DNA from: an uncultured cyanobacterium
GTDB taxonomy: Bacteria; Cyanobacteriota; Cyanobacteriia; Cyanobacteriales; CAWCAG01
Reading direction: 5' to 3'
Length of the DNA: 64,000 nucleotides
Assembly: GCA_963793425.1 (NCBI GenBank)
Contig: CAWCAG010000006.1
Span: 19,199-83,198, forward strand
Part shown: piece by piece, positions 19,145 to 29,675 of the stretch
Position numbering within the stretch: the first letter of the stretch is position 1
How the letters are laid out: every line of letters starts with the position of its first letter
Notes under the pieces: model-generated
What the model was told of the DNA's origin: nothing
Databases searched by the model: none
Seen by the model: only the letters and a program-made list of their open reading frames with translations
Translations under genes and position numbers: made by a program

Positions 19145-21486
19145 ATTGAACGAGATTTTTGTAAATTAATAATTGGAAGCACTACAACAGCAGTGACAAA
19201 TAAAGCTAAAACTGAAGGAATTAAAGGAACCCAAAAGCCCTGAGTTAATAAATAAAAACAAGCTCCGTATAAGGAAGCTAAAGATATAGTTACTGCTACT
19301 GACAAATTAAACTGAGAACGTAAACACAAAGTTAAAATACCTCCTAAAGAAGACCAAATACTTATCCAGATAAAGTCTAGCCACGTAGGCCAGAAAGTAA
19401 TTAAAGGTTGGTTATTGAGAACTCTACTGAGAAGCTGACTAACCATTTGTGCTTGAAGAATTACACCAGGCATTTTCTGGTTATAAGGGGTCTGGTACTT
19501 GTTATTAGGTAAGCTCCTATTTGAACCGATCAAAATTAGCTTGTTTCTTATCTTTGAAGGGATAACTTTGTCTCTTAAGATGTCTTCTAAGGTAACTGTT
19601 TCTGCTACTTCTAAAACAGAACGATAAGACCGATAATTAATAATTGACTTATATCCCCAATTATCATCATCGCTATTTCCATAAATCCCTGGATTGTAGC
19701 GTAAGTTAGGAATTAAAGTATTGCCTATATATAAACTATCATTAGAGTGTTCTGGAAGCTTAATTACTGGATGCGAAATACTTTCCTGTTCCAAATATGC
19801 TTCTACTAACTTAAGGGTAATAGAAAAAGATGCCGAACAAACTGACGTTGCAGGTGTATCCATAAACAAGATGGAACGGCGGATTACATTGTCGTCATCA
19901 CTTATACCATTAGCAAACCCCAAACGCTTTTTTGGTAAAGTAGGAGGAGGTAAAAATCCCCTTTCTCCATCCCCTAATTCATCTACATTACAGATGCCAT
20001 AAAGAACTTGGCTTTTTCTAAAACGTTCTTTAAGCTCCGGGGATTCTGGTTCATAGTCAGGAGGATCGAGGAAGATCATTAAACCGATTGCCCGTGGTTG
20101 ATAAGATTCTAACTTGGTTAAAAGTTCCTCTAATGCAGATTCAGAAATTGAGGAATCTGGCTTTTTACCTTGTTGTTCGGGGAGGTGTTGATCTGCGTCC
20201 GTTATTCCTACTACTAAAATACGAGGATCAGGCCCCTGGTCTTTCCTTTGCTGCATCAGGTGATCAAAAGCTTTTAACTCTAAAGGTTTAAAAACAGACT
20301 GCGATCGCAACCCAACAATACAGCTAGTAACAATCAAACTTGTCAACAAAACAGCTTGCAAACCCCGTCGCCAAGAAAAAACCTGCTTCGCTACTTTTGA
20401 TTTGTTAACTCCTTTTAACTCTTCCCAAGTCAAAGGATTTTCACCAATGTTTTGAAAAATTACTGGCAACCAAGTAGCACAAGGGAAATCTTCCTCTAAC
20501 CAATGCAGTTGTTCCCTTGCTTCCCTTGCTGCTAAATAAAAGGGTTTGCCTCTAGAAAAAGCACTGAGAAAATATTTGAGAAACTGTTGTGCAACCTTAT
20601 CTGGCACTAACTCCCGCATCACAATCATTTGGGGAATGTTGATGTCATCTAAACGTTTTGCTAAGCCTAAACCATCGCAGGAGTTGAATATAGCTAATTT
20701 TAGCCCGTTGTTAACTGCTTTTCTTAAAGCGTGCCACAACTCATCAATGGTCAAACTCTCCTCATCATTGAGATAAATTTTTCCCTCATCATTCTCGGTA
20801 ATACTATGTCCGGCAAAAAAGATAATATCCCAAGGTTGTTCCCACAAACTATCATTAATATCTTTCCGTTTCGGTTGTACTAAAAATAGAGGCTCATCAG
20901 CCCCTGGTAAACTTTGCAACAACCGTTTATCTGCTTCGAGGTTAATACCTTCACTATGTCCTAAAATCGCTAGAATACGAACCTTAGATTGCTTTTTTCT
21001 GGCAGTAACTTGTTGCGGTTTACTAAACTTAGTTCCTCCGTAACCTACTTCTGCTTTGATATAATCAGCAAAGAATTGCCACTTTTCCCAAGGAAGTTTC
21101 AAAACGTTCGTATCATCAGTACGAATTAAAAAGCGGATTATTTCTTCGGGGCTTAATACTGTACGTAAATAGTTATTTATTTCACTAAATTCTGGTGCAG
21201 CCAGCCATTGATTAAAACTTTCTTTAAGCTCTTGGGCTGATTGTTTAACAGACTCGTTAACAGAACCACTATAAGTAACTTTTTTGATTTTAATACGTGC
21301 AGGAGAACCAATTTTACGATAATTTTCTAACCAATGTTCCTGCAACTTTCCTACTAGTTCTGGATTAGCAGGCAAATTTCCTTGTAAGTCCCCAAAACGA
21401 TGACCTTCTTGATCTATTTCTAAAGTTACACGAAAACCCTTCTCGTGCAAATCACCATCTAACTTTAATATTACAAATCTACTCAT
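19141..21486 (-). CDS. CHAT + CHASE2 membrane sensor protein
   Basis: FFAGHS and IFNSCDG dyad; TM; ELKAFD..DPRILVVGITDAD CHASE2; three C-terminal TMs. Confidence 0.88.
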   Translation of the reverse strand: MSRFVILKLDGDLHEKGFRVTLEIDQEGHRFGDLQGNLPANPELVGKLQEHWLENYRKIGSPARIKIKKVTYSGSVNESVKQSAQELKESFNQWLAAPEFSEINNYLRTVLSPEEIIRFLIRTDDTNVLKLPWEKWQFFADYIKAEVGYGGTKFSKPQQVTARKKQSKVRILAILGHSEGINLEADKRLLQSLPGADEPLFLVQPKRKDINDSLWEQPWDIIFFAGHSITENDEGKIYLNDEESLTIDELWHALRKAVNNGLKLAIFNSCDGLGLAKRLDDINIPQMIVMRELVPDKVAQQFLKYFLSAFSRGKPFYLAAREAREQLHWLEEDFPCATWLPVIFQNIGENPLTWEELKGVNKSKVAKQVFSWRRGLQAVLLTSLIVTSCIVGLRSQSVFKPLELKAFDHLMQQRKDQGPDPRILVVGITDADQHLPEQQGKKPDSSISESALEELLTKLESYQPRAIGLMIFLDPPDYEPESPELKERFRKSQVLYGICNVDELGDGERGFLPPPTLPKKRLGFANGISDDDNVIRRSILFMDTPATSVCSASFSITLKLVEAYLEQESISHPVIKLPEHSNDSLYIGNTLIPNLRYNPGIYGNSDDDNWGYKSIINYRSYRSVLEVAETVTLEDILRDKVIPSKIRNKLILIGSNRSLPNNKYQTPYNQKMPGVILQAQMVSQLLSRVLNNQPLITFWPTWLDFIWISIWSSLGGILTLCLRSQFNLSVAVTISLASLYGACFYLLTQGFWVPLIPSVLALFVTAVVVLPIINLQKSRSI

Positions 21487-21519
21487 AACCTGGCTTACCC
21501 TGGTAGTTGCAAACTTTAA

Positions 21520-22476
21520 CTAAATCAAAAATGTTTCAGTGATACTAAAATTATCTAAGACAACTTTAACGCTAAACTTCTCTCCCTTTTCTCCACTAAA
21601 TTCAACTTCAATTTGCTTAGTAGTTTTTGCTTTAGTTTGTACTACCGGATCTCCTGCCTCACTCAAAATGATCAACTGCAAGTCTTGAGGTAAATAAGTG
21701 CTGCCTTCTAAAGGAAAAATCTTAATTGAAATAGTAGATTCTAATGACTCTTTTAAATCTGTGCTAACGACCAGAGCCACTTTTTGGGATGCTTTTTCTA
21801 GTTTAATGAATTTAATTCCTGCTCCCAACGTTGTCTGTTCAGATTGAGGTTGAGGAGCTATTAAGGTAGGACTTCTGAAGCTGAAACCCGGTTCAAGATT
21901 CTGCTCCTGAAAGTATTCCTGTAGAGACTGCCAACCTGCTGCGAAAAGATTATCTGCCCATTCCCTGAGCTTAATGATAGAAGGTTGTAGTTTTCTTGTA
22001 CTTGGGATAAGTGTTAGTTTTTCTAATAACTCTTCTAATGGTAGTAAATCAGTAAGTAGTAAATTTTCTTTCCTGACTTTAACAGCGAAACCTTGCAAAA
22101 TTGCTTGAGTTAAATCCTCATTTAATTTAACAACAACATAACCAATTCTCCCCGAATAAACCTCCGGAGAGACATGACAAACTTTTTGATTAGGTAATAG
22201 ATAACAACATTCCAATCTACCCCGATCTTGTATTACCAAATCTGTTGCATTAGCCATAGTCTGCCTAACTGAATTCCAACTATAACTAGCCTCTAAGTTA
22301 GTAGTAATTCCCATTCCTTCTAGATAAACATTAACAGCATAGACCGCCAACGTATTAAGATAAACTTCCTTAACTTTGTGTTTCTTAGCTTGCTGTTGAG
22401 AAAATGTTTCAGCTAGCTGGTGTCCTTTAGCACCTAAAGAAATAACTACACCGGACTTATCTAATTCTTCTAACAT
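21520..22476 (-). CDS. DUF1822 family protein
   Basis: VYLNTLAVYAVNVYL, GRLEC, RIGYVVV, GEKFSVKV..ITETF. Confidence 0.85.
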   Translation of the reverse strand: MLEELDKSGVVISLGAKGHQLAETFSQQQAKKHKVKEVYLNTLAVYAVNVYLEGMGITTNLEASYSWNSVRQTMANATDLVIQDRGRLECCYLLPNQKVCHVSPEVYSGRIGYVVVKLNEDLTQAILQGFAVKVRKENLLLTDLLPLEELLEKLTLIPSTRKLQPSIIKLREWADNLFAAGWQSLQEYFQEQNLEPGFSFRSPTLIAPQPQSEQTTLGAGIKFIKLEKASQKVALVVSTDLKESLESTISIKIFPLEGSTYLPQDLQLIILSEAGDPVVQTKAKTTKQIEVEFSGEKGEKFSVKVVLDNFSITETFLI

Positions 22477-22491
22477 TGTTTAATCTCCTGA

Positions 22492-23130
22492 TTAATCTCT
22501 TAAATATGCTTTGATTTTTTCCGCAAAATGGCTTAAGTTGCGGTGATAAAAACTGTGTACAGTAGAATATTTTTCCTCTACTTGTTGAGCAATTTCTCGA
22601 AATGAGTAACCTTGATGATACTTAATAAAAAGTATTTGAAAATTGACATCATTATTGCCATTTAAGCATTTGCTTCTAAATATACCTTCTGGATCTTCAG
22701 CTACATAAGCAATAATTTGCTCAGATGTGAATTTTCCCCGATTCTGACTAGATTCTTTTAATTCCTCTAAATCCTGTAGAGTCTTTCTCTGCAAGTTTGT
22801 CTTGCCAATTGGCTTTACCTCCCGATAAGCTTTTTCAAAAAAACCTTTCATCCGTTTATGATTAGCTGCCCATTGTAAAAACTCTCCTTGATTAGGATCA
22901 TACTGGTCGATATTTTGGCAAGCATAGGCTAACAATTTATGCACTGCTTCCGCATGAATTTGTTGATAGTTGGTAAACTGTCCTCGGAAGGGACGGCAAA
23001 GTCTATGGGAGTTTTGCTGTATTTTGTTCCATATTTGATGCAAAACTCGGTTACGATCTTTGCTACCGAAAGGATAGCCTTGTGCTTTTATCGCCAACTC
23101 TTTTAAGGACTCGTCTAGTTCATTCATCAC
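22492..23130 (-). CDS. Sigma-70-like (ECF/HetZ-related) factor
   Basis: CQNIDQYDP region-2-like; EDPEGIF; C-terminal HTH YSFREIAQQV..STVHSFY. Confidence 0.75.
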   Translation of the reverse strand: MMNELDESLKELAIKAQGYPFGSKDRNRVLHQIWNKIQQNSHRLCRPFRGQFTNYQQIHAEAVHKLLAYACQNIDQYDPNQGEFLQWAANHKRMKGFFEKAYREVKPIGKTNLQRKTLQDLEELKESSQNRGKFTSEQIIAYVAEDPEGIFRSKCLNGNNDVNFQILFIKYHQGYSFREIAQQVEEKYSTVHSFYHRNLSHFAEKIKAYLRD

Positions 23131-23279
23131 CCTGGCCAGAATATGTAAGAACTTCTTGGTTGTTCAGGTGAATTACTCACCTTCATCTAGTTCTCTGGTG
23201 AAACAGCGGGATTTTATGCAACTTTCATTAAACGTTCACAAAAATTAACAAATTTTTTTTAAGGAAGCATTAGATTGAC

Positions 23280-23937
23280 CTATGCCTTAGTTGAACAAGT
23301 GAAAACAGAAATGTATCAGAAAAAGGGATTATTTGAGAGTATTTGAGAGGTAATTTTTAGCTAGCAAAGTAAGTCAATATAAGTAAAAATAAAGCAACAA
23401 TAAAATTAAGAATAATCAAAAAAGAGTTAGAGTAATAAAGATAGATGAAGAAGGGCTTAAAAGAAGTAAAAGGAAGTTCAAAAAAGCTAGAAACCAGACA
23501 GAGAAAGAGAAGTAGATCAATAATTTACAGAAAGTAAAATAAAGCAACAGAAAGTCGTAAAAGTGTGAGTAAATAATCTTGTAAAAGTGAAGATAAAAAA
23601 GAGAAAATAGAAAAAACTAACGACCAGAAGAAAAAGAATCAATAAATACAAAGAAACCCTAAAACTCTTGTCTGACGAGGCATAGAAGGATTTAGAAAAA
23701 GAAATGCAAAGAGAGAAATAACAACAAAGACACATAATAAAGTAAAAAGGATAAATTGTCAAATTATCAAGTAAAGTAAAATGTGAGCAAAGCACAAAGG
23801 CAGCTAGTAAAATAGAAAAATAAATTCATAAATCGAGAACAAAATAACCTTTATTTTGTAACTAGTTCAGAGATAAAATAACTAGTAACGATGTAGAAAT
23901 AAGATACATTAGTAATAACTAAAAAGAAAATGTGAGG
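23280..23937 (+). mobile_element. A-rich left arm of an IS4-like element, copy 1 (cut by IS701)
   Basis: Starts CTATGCCTTAGTTGAACAA; homologous to 52279- and 57647-. Confidence 0.7.
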
Positions 23938-25306
23938 CGGGACTTAAACAGAAAAAGAGAATAAAGAAGATATAATAGTTATATGGCATAACTTCAACGT
24001 TAGAGTTATCGGTGGTGAATCTTATGAAAGAAACAACCCCAGCAGCAATGCCTCCATGCTTCAATAGATGGTGCGCTAAGTTTGATAATATATTCAGAAC
24101 AAAAGCTCAAAAGAGAGAATTTAGAAACTATATAGGAGGATTATTAGGCGAAAGTAAGCGTAAAAACCTTACACAGATAGCTAGAGACAGTGTAGGAGTA
24201 ACATACCACAGATTACACCATTTCTTAACCGAAGCCCCCTGGTCAGCAGAGCAAATAAATGAGCGTCGTTTGCAAATAATGAACAAATGCAATCAGACGA
24301 GTATAAACAGTGGATTCAGTCTGATTGTTGACGATAGTGGACACCCGAAGAGCGGCAATTTTACAGCAGGAGTAGGAAGACAGTATATCGGAGAAGAAGG
24401 AAAAGTAGATAATGGTAATGTCGTAGTAACAACTCACCTTTATGACGGCAAGAAAAGCTGACCTTTAGACATTGAATTATATCAACATGCCAAATCATTA
24501 CCCCAAGGAAAAAAAGACCCAGAATTCAAAAAGAAACCTCAGTTAGCTATAGAGCTAATAGATAGAAGTATTGAGAGAGGGTATCGACCCAAAATAGTTC
24601 TCATAGATGGAGGATATGGCAACAATACATCATTTTTAGGAGCATTAGAACAAAGGAAATTAAACTACTTAGGAGGAGTAGCCAAAAACCGTAAAGTTAG
24701 AGTGCTAAAAAGCGATAAAACCACAGAAGAGGTCAGATTAGATAATCTAGCGCAATCACTACCAGCAGAGGCTTTTAGGGAAATAACCATCAACACAATT
24801 AAGCCAAGAAAAGTGTGGGTAGCAACACAAGTAGTAGAAATATCTAGTCTCGAAGGTAGAAAAACAATAGCTATCGTTATGAATGCTTCTACCTTTGAAG
24901 ATGCCGATGATATTGATTATTTAATCACTAATGTTTCCCCAGATTTAGCAACACCACAATGGTTTGTAGATACATACTCAAAAAGAAATTGGGTAGAAGT
25001 ATTTTATAGAGAAGCTAAGGGATGGCTAGGTTTGAAAGAATATCAAGTCAGGGATAAAAGAAGCCTGATGAGACATTTTGTCCTAGTTTTTTGTGCCTAT
25101 ACTTTTATTATTTATCATAAGCTAACCGGAGGTTTGAGAAGACGTTGGGCAAACAAACCTTTGAATACATTTACTGAAGCTTTAGAAGCCTTTCGTACAG
25201 GTGTATCTTATCGTTTTATAGCTTGGCTCAATAATAACCATGACGTATTTACTCGCCACAAAGAGAGTTTAGGCTTTATTTGGGCTTGATTTCTGTTTAA
25301 GTCCCG
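23938..25306 (+). mobile_element. IS701 family element; transposase ~24024-25289 with an in-frame TGA at 24459-24461
   Basis: Perfect 17-bp TIRs CGGGACTTAAACAGAAA; LIVDDSGH, GVGRQYIG, RNWVEVFYREAK. Confidence 0.9.
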
Positions 25307-25312
25307 ATAAGT

Positions 25313-25605
25313 CTCACGGGGTGACAAGTATCTTAAAGCCAAGTCAGTTAAGGTTTCTAGCTCACCGACTTTCAAAAAGATTAGAGTTTATTGATAGGTC
25401 TGTTGACACCTAGATAGCACTCAAGATGGTAACAGTTGAGTAGCTTACGATTTGTACTATTCAGGTAATTTTATCCGTAGTGATCGCATATCAGATTCCC
25501 TAATTTTATAGTCAATAAGCGTGTCAATGAGCATCAATTTTTCGGAGGGTCAAATAGCTGGAAGATTTGTGTGAATAGCTTTCTAATCCCCTGTCACCCC
25601 GTGAA
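25313..25605. mobile_element. MITE or internally deleted IS (~290 bp)
   Basis: 13-bp TIR TCACGGGGTGACA; (G)ATAAGT on both flanks as a partial target duplication; no ORF. Confidence 0.65.
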
Positions 25606-26105
25606 CTGATAAGTTAAAACGTATTTATATTGGATTGAGAGAGTTACCCTGAAAGTAGCTCAAAACTTGTTAAAGCAAGCGGGTAACTTACCTGCGCTGA
25701 CGCTATGGGTACAGACGTAGGCTTCCGAGTTGCCCATAATTGATAACAAACTTTTCAAAGTTCTAATGCGATCGCCATAAAGGAGCAATAGAGAGGCTGA
25801 TCATTGAACAGCTTAACGAAGTAGAACATTTTTCTCTTCGTTATGACGACTCTGCTGGAGTTTTACTAAAAAAAGTTTTAAAAAGGAAGTATTGGTTTAG
25901 TAATAAGCCTTGTTGGGCTGAGGATCAATTCGCCTTCTTAACCCATATGGATATTTCTGCTATATCTGTAACTGTAAGCGTTAATACGAAAAATCCTGAT
26001 GAATTATTTAGAGCAGATTTTCATGTAAGCTAAAAAAAAGAATAGCGAAATCGTTACTTCGCTATTATGTAAAGCAAAACAGAGATGACCCTCTCAAGCA
26101 GGCGT

Positions 26106-26432
26106 TTACTCTTCCTCTTTGCAATATTCTTTCATCTGATGAGTCAATTCTACTTCCGTTGGATCTATTTTTACCTGCTTCAGAGCATTCCAGCTAAACT
26201 TAGCTAATTCCTCGATTGAATCAGCAAAATACGTTGTTCCCCCTTCTGAAGTTGTCGTTGGGAATGTATAAGGAGGTTCTAGATCCTTTAGATGTTCCCG
26301 TACTCTTTTTTCATATGCTTTGTAGTTTGCATAGCTGTATATCTGTGTTTCTTGGGTTGGTAGAGGTTCTTCTAAAGTAGCCTTCTTCCAGTGTTTGAGT
26401 CGCTTCAATCTTTTGGCTTCTTGCTTATTCAC
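26106..26432 (-). CDS. Hypothetical protein
   Basis: 108-aa ORF with a GAGG RBS before GTG. Confidence 0.55.
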   Translation of the reverse strand: MNKQEAKRLKRLKHWKKATLEEPLPTQETQIYSYANYKAYEKRVREHLKDLEPPYTFPTTTSEGGTTYFADSIEELAKFSWNALKQVKIDPTEVELTHQMKEYCKEEE

Positions 26433-27206
26433 TTGTAAAACCTCCTCAAATTATTATGGTTTCAGACCAGAATCTCTATCTCTCGAATTATTTTCCTGTT
26501 CCTGTATGTAGGCAGAGAGTTTAAAGGAAAACCCAGAAGCTGGCAACAACTTCCAGGCTTCATTACAGTTCAAATCCAAGCTTTTCTGTACTTGGTCTGT
26601 TATTGCTTGGGTTTCTTTTTCTCTAGCTTATACGACTCTAAACAGTCAGGGAAAAAATCATTCATATCATAGAGTTTGAAAGCATCCGCTAGTTGCTTAA
26701 AGGTACTGTATTTCGTCCATAGGGCTTCGTAGGAAACTATTTCTTGGACTGGACTTATGGCGTTGGCGAAGCTGATTCCTCCACTATTCATAGCTTTTTT
26801 CACCTCTTCATCAATAGCTTCTGTGTTTGAGTCTAGCAGGAGTACTGAAAATTAACCGATACGTTCATAAATTTTGGCATCCGTTGCGATCGCTAAACTC
26901 CCAAACAGAACCATCTTTGCCAGTTACCTTAGCACCAACTTTTTTCACCCGATCAGTTTGACTTATTCTCTTTCGTCTATTAGTCGCGAGAATCATTCTT
27001 CTTTAGACTAATTTTTCCACTTACTCCTGAGAAATAACACTTGTCTTCCTTTATTTGCTCACTTTCAGGCCTGCTAAGCCAGAGTTCCTTTTTTTGTAAA
27101 GGAATGTTGCAACAAGAGGGCATACTAGAACAAAACCTGTTTTCATTACTACCGATAGGTTTATGATGTACTGGCGAACCCTTCGCTACTAGCAGCTTCC
27201 TTTGTT

Positions 27207-27434
27207 ATGTCTGAAAAGCCAAAAAAGTCGGAACTTTCTGAATTTCGGGATTTTACGATTCCTAACTTGTGTAATACCCTACAGGGGGCTAGCTATCAAC
27301 ATGAAATTGGCAACCATGATTTAGCTGAGTTTTTTCTCAGGCAAGCTCAAGATAAACTGAACATATGTATTGAGCAGAACCAAAAAGATAAGCAAGCAAA
27401 GGAGGGAATTAAAGATGACACTCCAAACCAATAG
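27207..27434 (+). CDS. Hypothetical small protein
   Basis: 75-aa ORF overlapping the next ORF. Confidence 0.5.
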   Translation: MSEKPKKSELSEFRDFTIPNLCNTLQGASYQHEIGNHDLAEFFLRQAQDKLNICIEQNQKDKQAKEGIKDDTPNQ

Positions 27435-27783
27435 CTTCACTATTTGCGCCCATGATGGTCTGTGTAATGTGATGAGTGACTCTCGTTTAACTCAAGAGAA
27501 ACTCATGAAGTTTTTGGAGTTTGTCTTTGAGGTTTACGCTCCTGTGGTGATTATTTCCCAGCCCTGGGAATCTAGTCAATATTCTTATATTTTGGCTCAG
27601 CGTACTCAGATTGTATCGACAGAAAGTTTACTGAATATTCTCAGCAGAGAGGAGATGGGCTGGCATTTGAGTGAAAATATCCTTTACTCTCCACGTCCAA
27701 GTAAGCTCAGACCTCCTCGCTTAGAACAAGCCATAGCAGCAGCACGCCGTAAGGCTTTGGTAAGTACTAAGGTTAAGGTGTAG
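27415..27783 (+). CDS. Hypothetical protein
   Basis: GGAGG RBS before ATG (MTLQTN). Confidence 0.5.
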   Translation: MTLQTNSFTICAHDGLCNVMSDSRLTQEKLMKFLEFVFEVYAPVVIISQPWESSQYSYILAQRTQIVSTESLLNILSREEMGWHLSENILYSPRPSKLRPPRLEQAIAAARRKALVSTKVKV

Positions 27784-27861
27784 GGACTTCAACCCACAGC
27801 CTAATCAATGGGTAAGTGAAGCTAGCCGTAGGCATGGCACATCCAAAACAGAGTAAAAAAG

Positions 27862-27989
27862 GGCGTTGGTAATTGAACGTATGATTTACAAAGTTTTTTT
27901 GTTCGCAGCTATTAGCTATTAGCTTTTTGGGAGCTAATAGCTAGTTAAACATCATGTGGGAGCGAACCATACCTGTATCTACCAACGCC
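27862..27989. mobile_element. 128-bp MITE with internal TAGCTAA-type heptamers
   Basis: TIR GGCGTTGGTA/TACCAACGCC; 8-bp target duplication TAAAAAAG; inverted homologue at 42087-42215. Confidence 0.85.
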
Positions 27990-28120
27990 TAAAAAAGAAG
28001 TAGTCCCTAGCTGAGGCGATCGCGCAACTTGTAACAGGACATGATTACTCTACTCCCTATTTGTGAAAATTCTCACGAAGTTAGACAATAAAGCCAGCAT
28101 GAATTCCTGAAGTAACTTTC

Positions 28121-28508
28121 ATGGTAGAGAATTTGTTGGGGGAACAAGAACAGGGGAGTCTAAGGTTAAGGACACCTCTTCCTTTAGCTTGTCACCCAGC
28201 AGAAGTTTATTTAGATAGTTTGGCTCCTGGGTCTGTGTCCAGTGGTCAAGGGAGGAAAAATTGTCATTCGCCACATGAGTGCTGATGCGGTGGGTAAGAC
28301 TTTAAAAAGGTTGGGCAAGAAAGCTGGGTTAGCTTCTTTTTCTGCCCATGATTTTCGGAGGACATTTTGTTCTGAGTTGTTAGATTTGGGCGCAGATATA
28401 GTAACGGTGCAGAAGCTAGCAGATCATGCTTCTCCTGCTACTACAGCGATTTACGACCGTCGGGGGGAAGAAGTGAAACGTTCTGCAATTCGGAAAATGA
28501 AGTTTTAG
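28121..28508 (+). pseudogene. Internally deleted tyrosine recombinase/integrase
   Basis: N-terminal HPAEVYLDSLAPGS joined out of frame to catalytic C-terminus SAHDFRRTF...H...TTAIYDRR. Confidence 0.8.
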
Positions 28509-28672
28509 AGGGTATCTAGTAGTTTGTCAATTTTCAATTGACGGGTAAGGGGAAAAAATTATTGGATTTTCTGTTATTCAGCTTGGCAAAAAAGTCAAGT
28601 TCGTTTTGACCTAACTTTTTTTCTGAATAGCTCCTAAGCTAGGGATAAGGCAAAATCTACAGTTTTGAAATC

Positions 28673-28767
28673 CCTAAATTGGTCTTGTTGGAAACCAGAT
28701 GCCGACAATTGCAATTCCGCCGAGGATAGCAGGTTCACCAATTACCTAAATTGGTCTTGTTGGAAAC
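28673..28767 (+). CRISPR. Mini-array: 3' part-repeat, 36-nt spacer, full repeat; truncated leader from ~28588
   Basis: Repeat identical to arrays 1/2; 28588-28670 matches the start of the array 2 leader (39910-). Confidence 0.85.
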
Positions 28768-28786
28768 CCTTAACAGTTTACAGACA

Positions 28787-28818
28787 TAAAAAAGGTTAGA
28801 GCCTTAAGCCCTAACCTT
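28787..28818 (-). terminator. Rho-independent terminator, minus strand
   Basis: AAGGTTAGGGC-TTAAG-GCTCTAACCTT-TTTT; the G.U pair works only on the minus strand. Confidence 0.75.
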
Positions 28819-28873
28819 CAAGTTTTGCTAACACAAGGGCAAAACAAAAAGCTACTAAAATCAGTAAACTCTA

Positions 28874-28910
28874 GTTTCCAACAAGACCGATTAAAGCTAA
28901 TCGGTGAAGC
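28874..28910 (-). CRISPR. Solitary variant CRISPR repeat (candidate crRNA-like ncRNA running to ~28787)
   Basis: GCTTCACCGATTAGCTTTAATCGGTCTTGTTGGAAAC; perfect 8-bp stem; intact 3' end. Confidence 0.75.
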
Positions 28911-29048
28911 AAGTACTACACCAGACTTGAATTAATCAAAAAAAAGCTTTTTCAGTAATTCCTTAATCTAGTGCAGAACTTATGTATAACTGTAAAAGAA
29001 ACAAACTGAGCAAAACAGGTCAAAATGACCTTGATTTTTTCTCTCTAG

Positions 29049-29369
29049 TTATTTACCTGCTCTTTGCTTTTCTTGACAAAGAATCTCTAAAAGCTCATCA
29101 GGAATCTCTTCAAAATGCTCAAGCAGAAAATCCATGAACGCTAAATTCTTTAAATCATGGGGTTGGGGACGACGATAATGATGATTCCTTTTAAACCATC
29201 TTTGTACAGTAGAGTAGGAACGAGAACAAATTTGAGCTATCTGTTCATAACTAACTGACCACTTCAAATAAAACTTTTGGGGAGATAAACCCAACTCACA
29301 ATTAGCATAAAGCCTGATTAAATCTAACTCCCGTTTACCTAAAGAATCTGACATAACATTACTCCACAA
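29049..29369 (-). CDS. Cyanobacterial helix-turn-helix protein
   Basis: SYEQIAQICSRSYSTVQRWF HTH. Confidence 0.75.
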   Translation of the reverse strand: MWSNVMSDSLGKRELDLIRLYANCELGLSPQKFYLKWSVSYEQIAQICSRSYSTVQRWFKRNHHYRRPQPHDLKNLAFMDFLLEHFEEIPDELLEILCQEKQRAGK

Positions 29370-29664
29370 CTACTTCTAAATCTTCTTCCCAAGCAACATC
29401 AAACTTACACCAGGAATAGCTAAAAGAACTGCTATCTAAAAGAATTAAATAACACCAACTTCCACTTTTGAGATGTCTGGAATAACTGTAAAAAACTCCT
29501 GCAACCATTCCCCAATCAAAACAATCGTCAAGGGGAAACCAGCGTACCTTAACCCCGTAGGTAAACTTGGGTTTTTTGACTTGTGACCAGTCAATATTTG
29601 TCAGTGGTTGCAATTTTGCTAAAGGTAGTAACTGAACCACTGATGGGGTATTTTGTCCCAGCAT
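29359..29664 (-). CDS. Small hypothetical protein, SH3/KOW-like (possibly DUF1392-related)
   Basis: PKFTYGVKVRW...WGMVAG...WCYLILLD...AWEEDL; 11 bp after cas2. Confidence 0.6.
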   Translation of the reverse strand: MLGQNTPSVVQLLPLAKLQPLTNIDWSQVKKPKFTYGVKVRWFPLDDCFDWGMVAGVFYSYSRHLKSGSWCYLILLDSSSFSYSWCKFDVAWEEDLEVVVE

Positions 29665-29675
29665 ATCCTCTCCTA

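Noticed and set aside
14874..23130. Craspase-like link between the CHAT/sigma cluster and the type III locus
   Set aside because: Separated by IS debris; the cluster commonly occurs without CRISPR
25382..25395. 13/14 match between the solitary-repeat guide and the MITE
   Set aside because: Short, AT-rich and does not extend; cannot be called a target
26600..26803. Possible DprA-like N-terminal fragment
   Set aside because: Too short to support by eye
28874..28910. tracrRNA interpretation of the inverted repeat
   Set aside because: No Cas9 or Cas12; the covariation preserves its own hairpin rather than pairing to the array repeat
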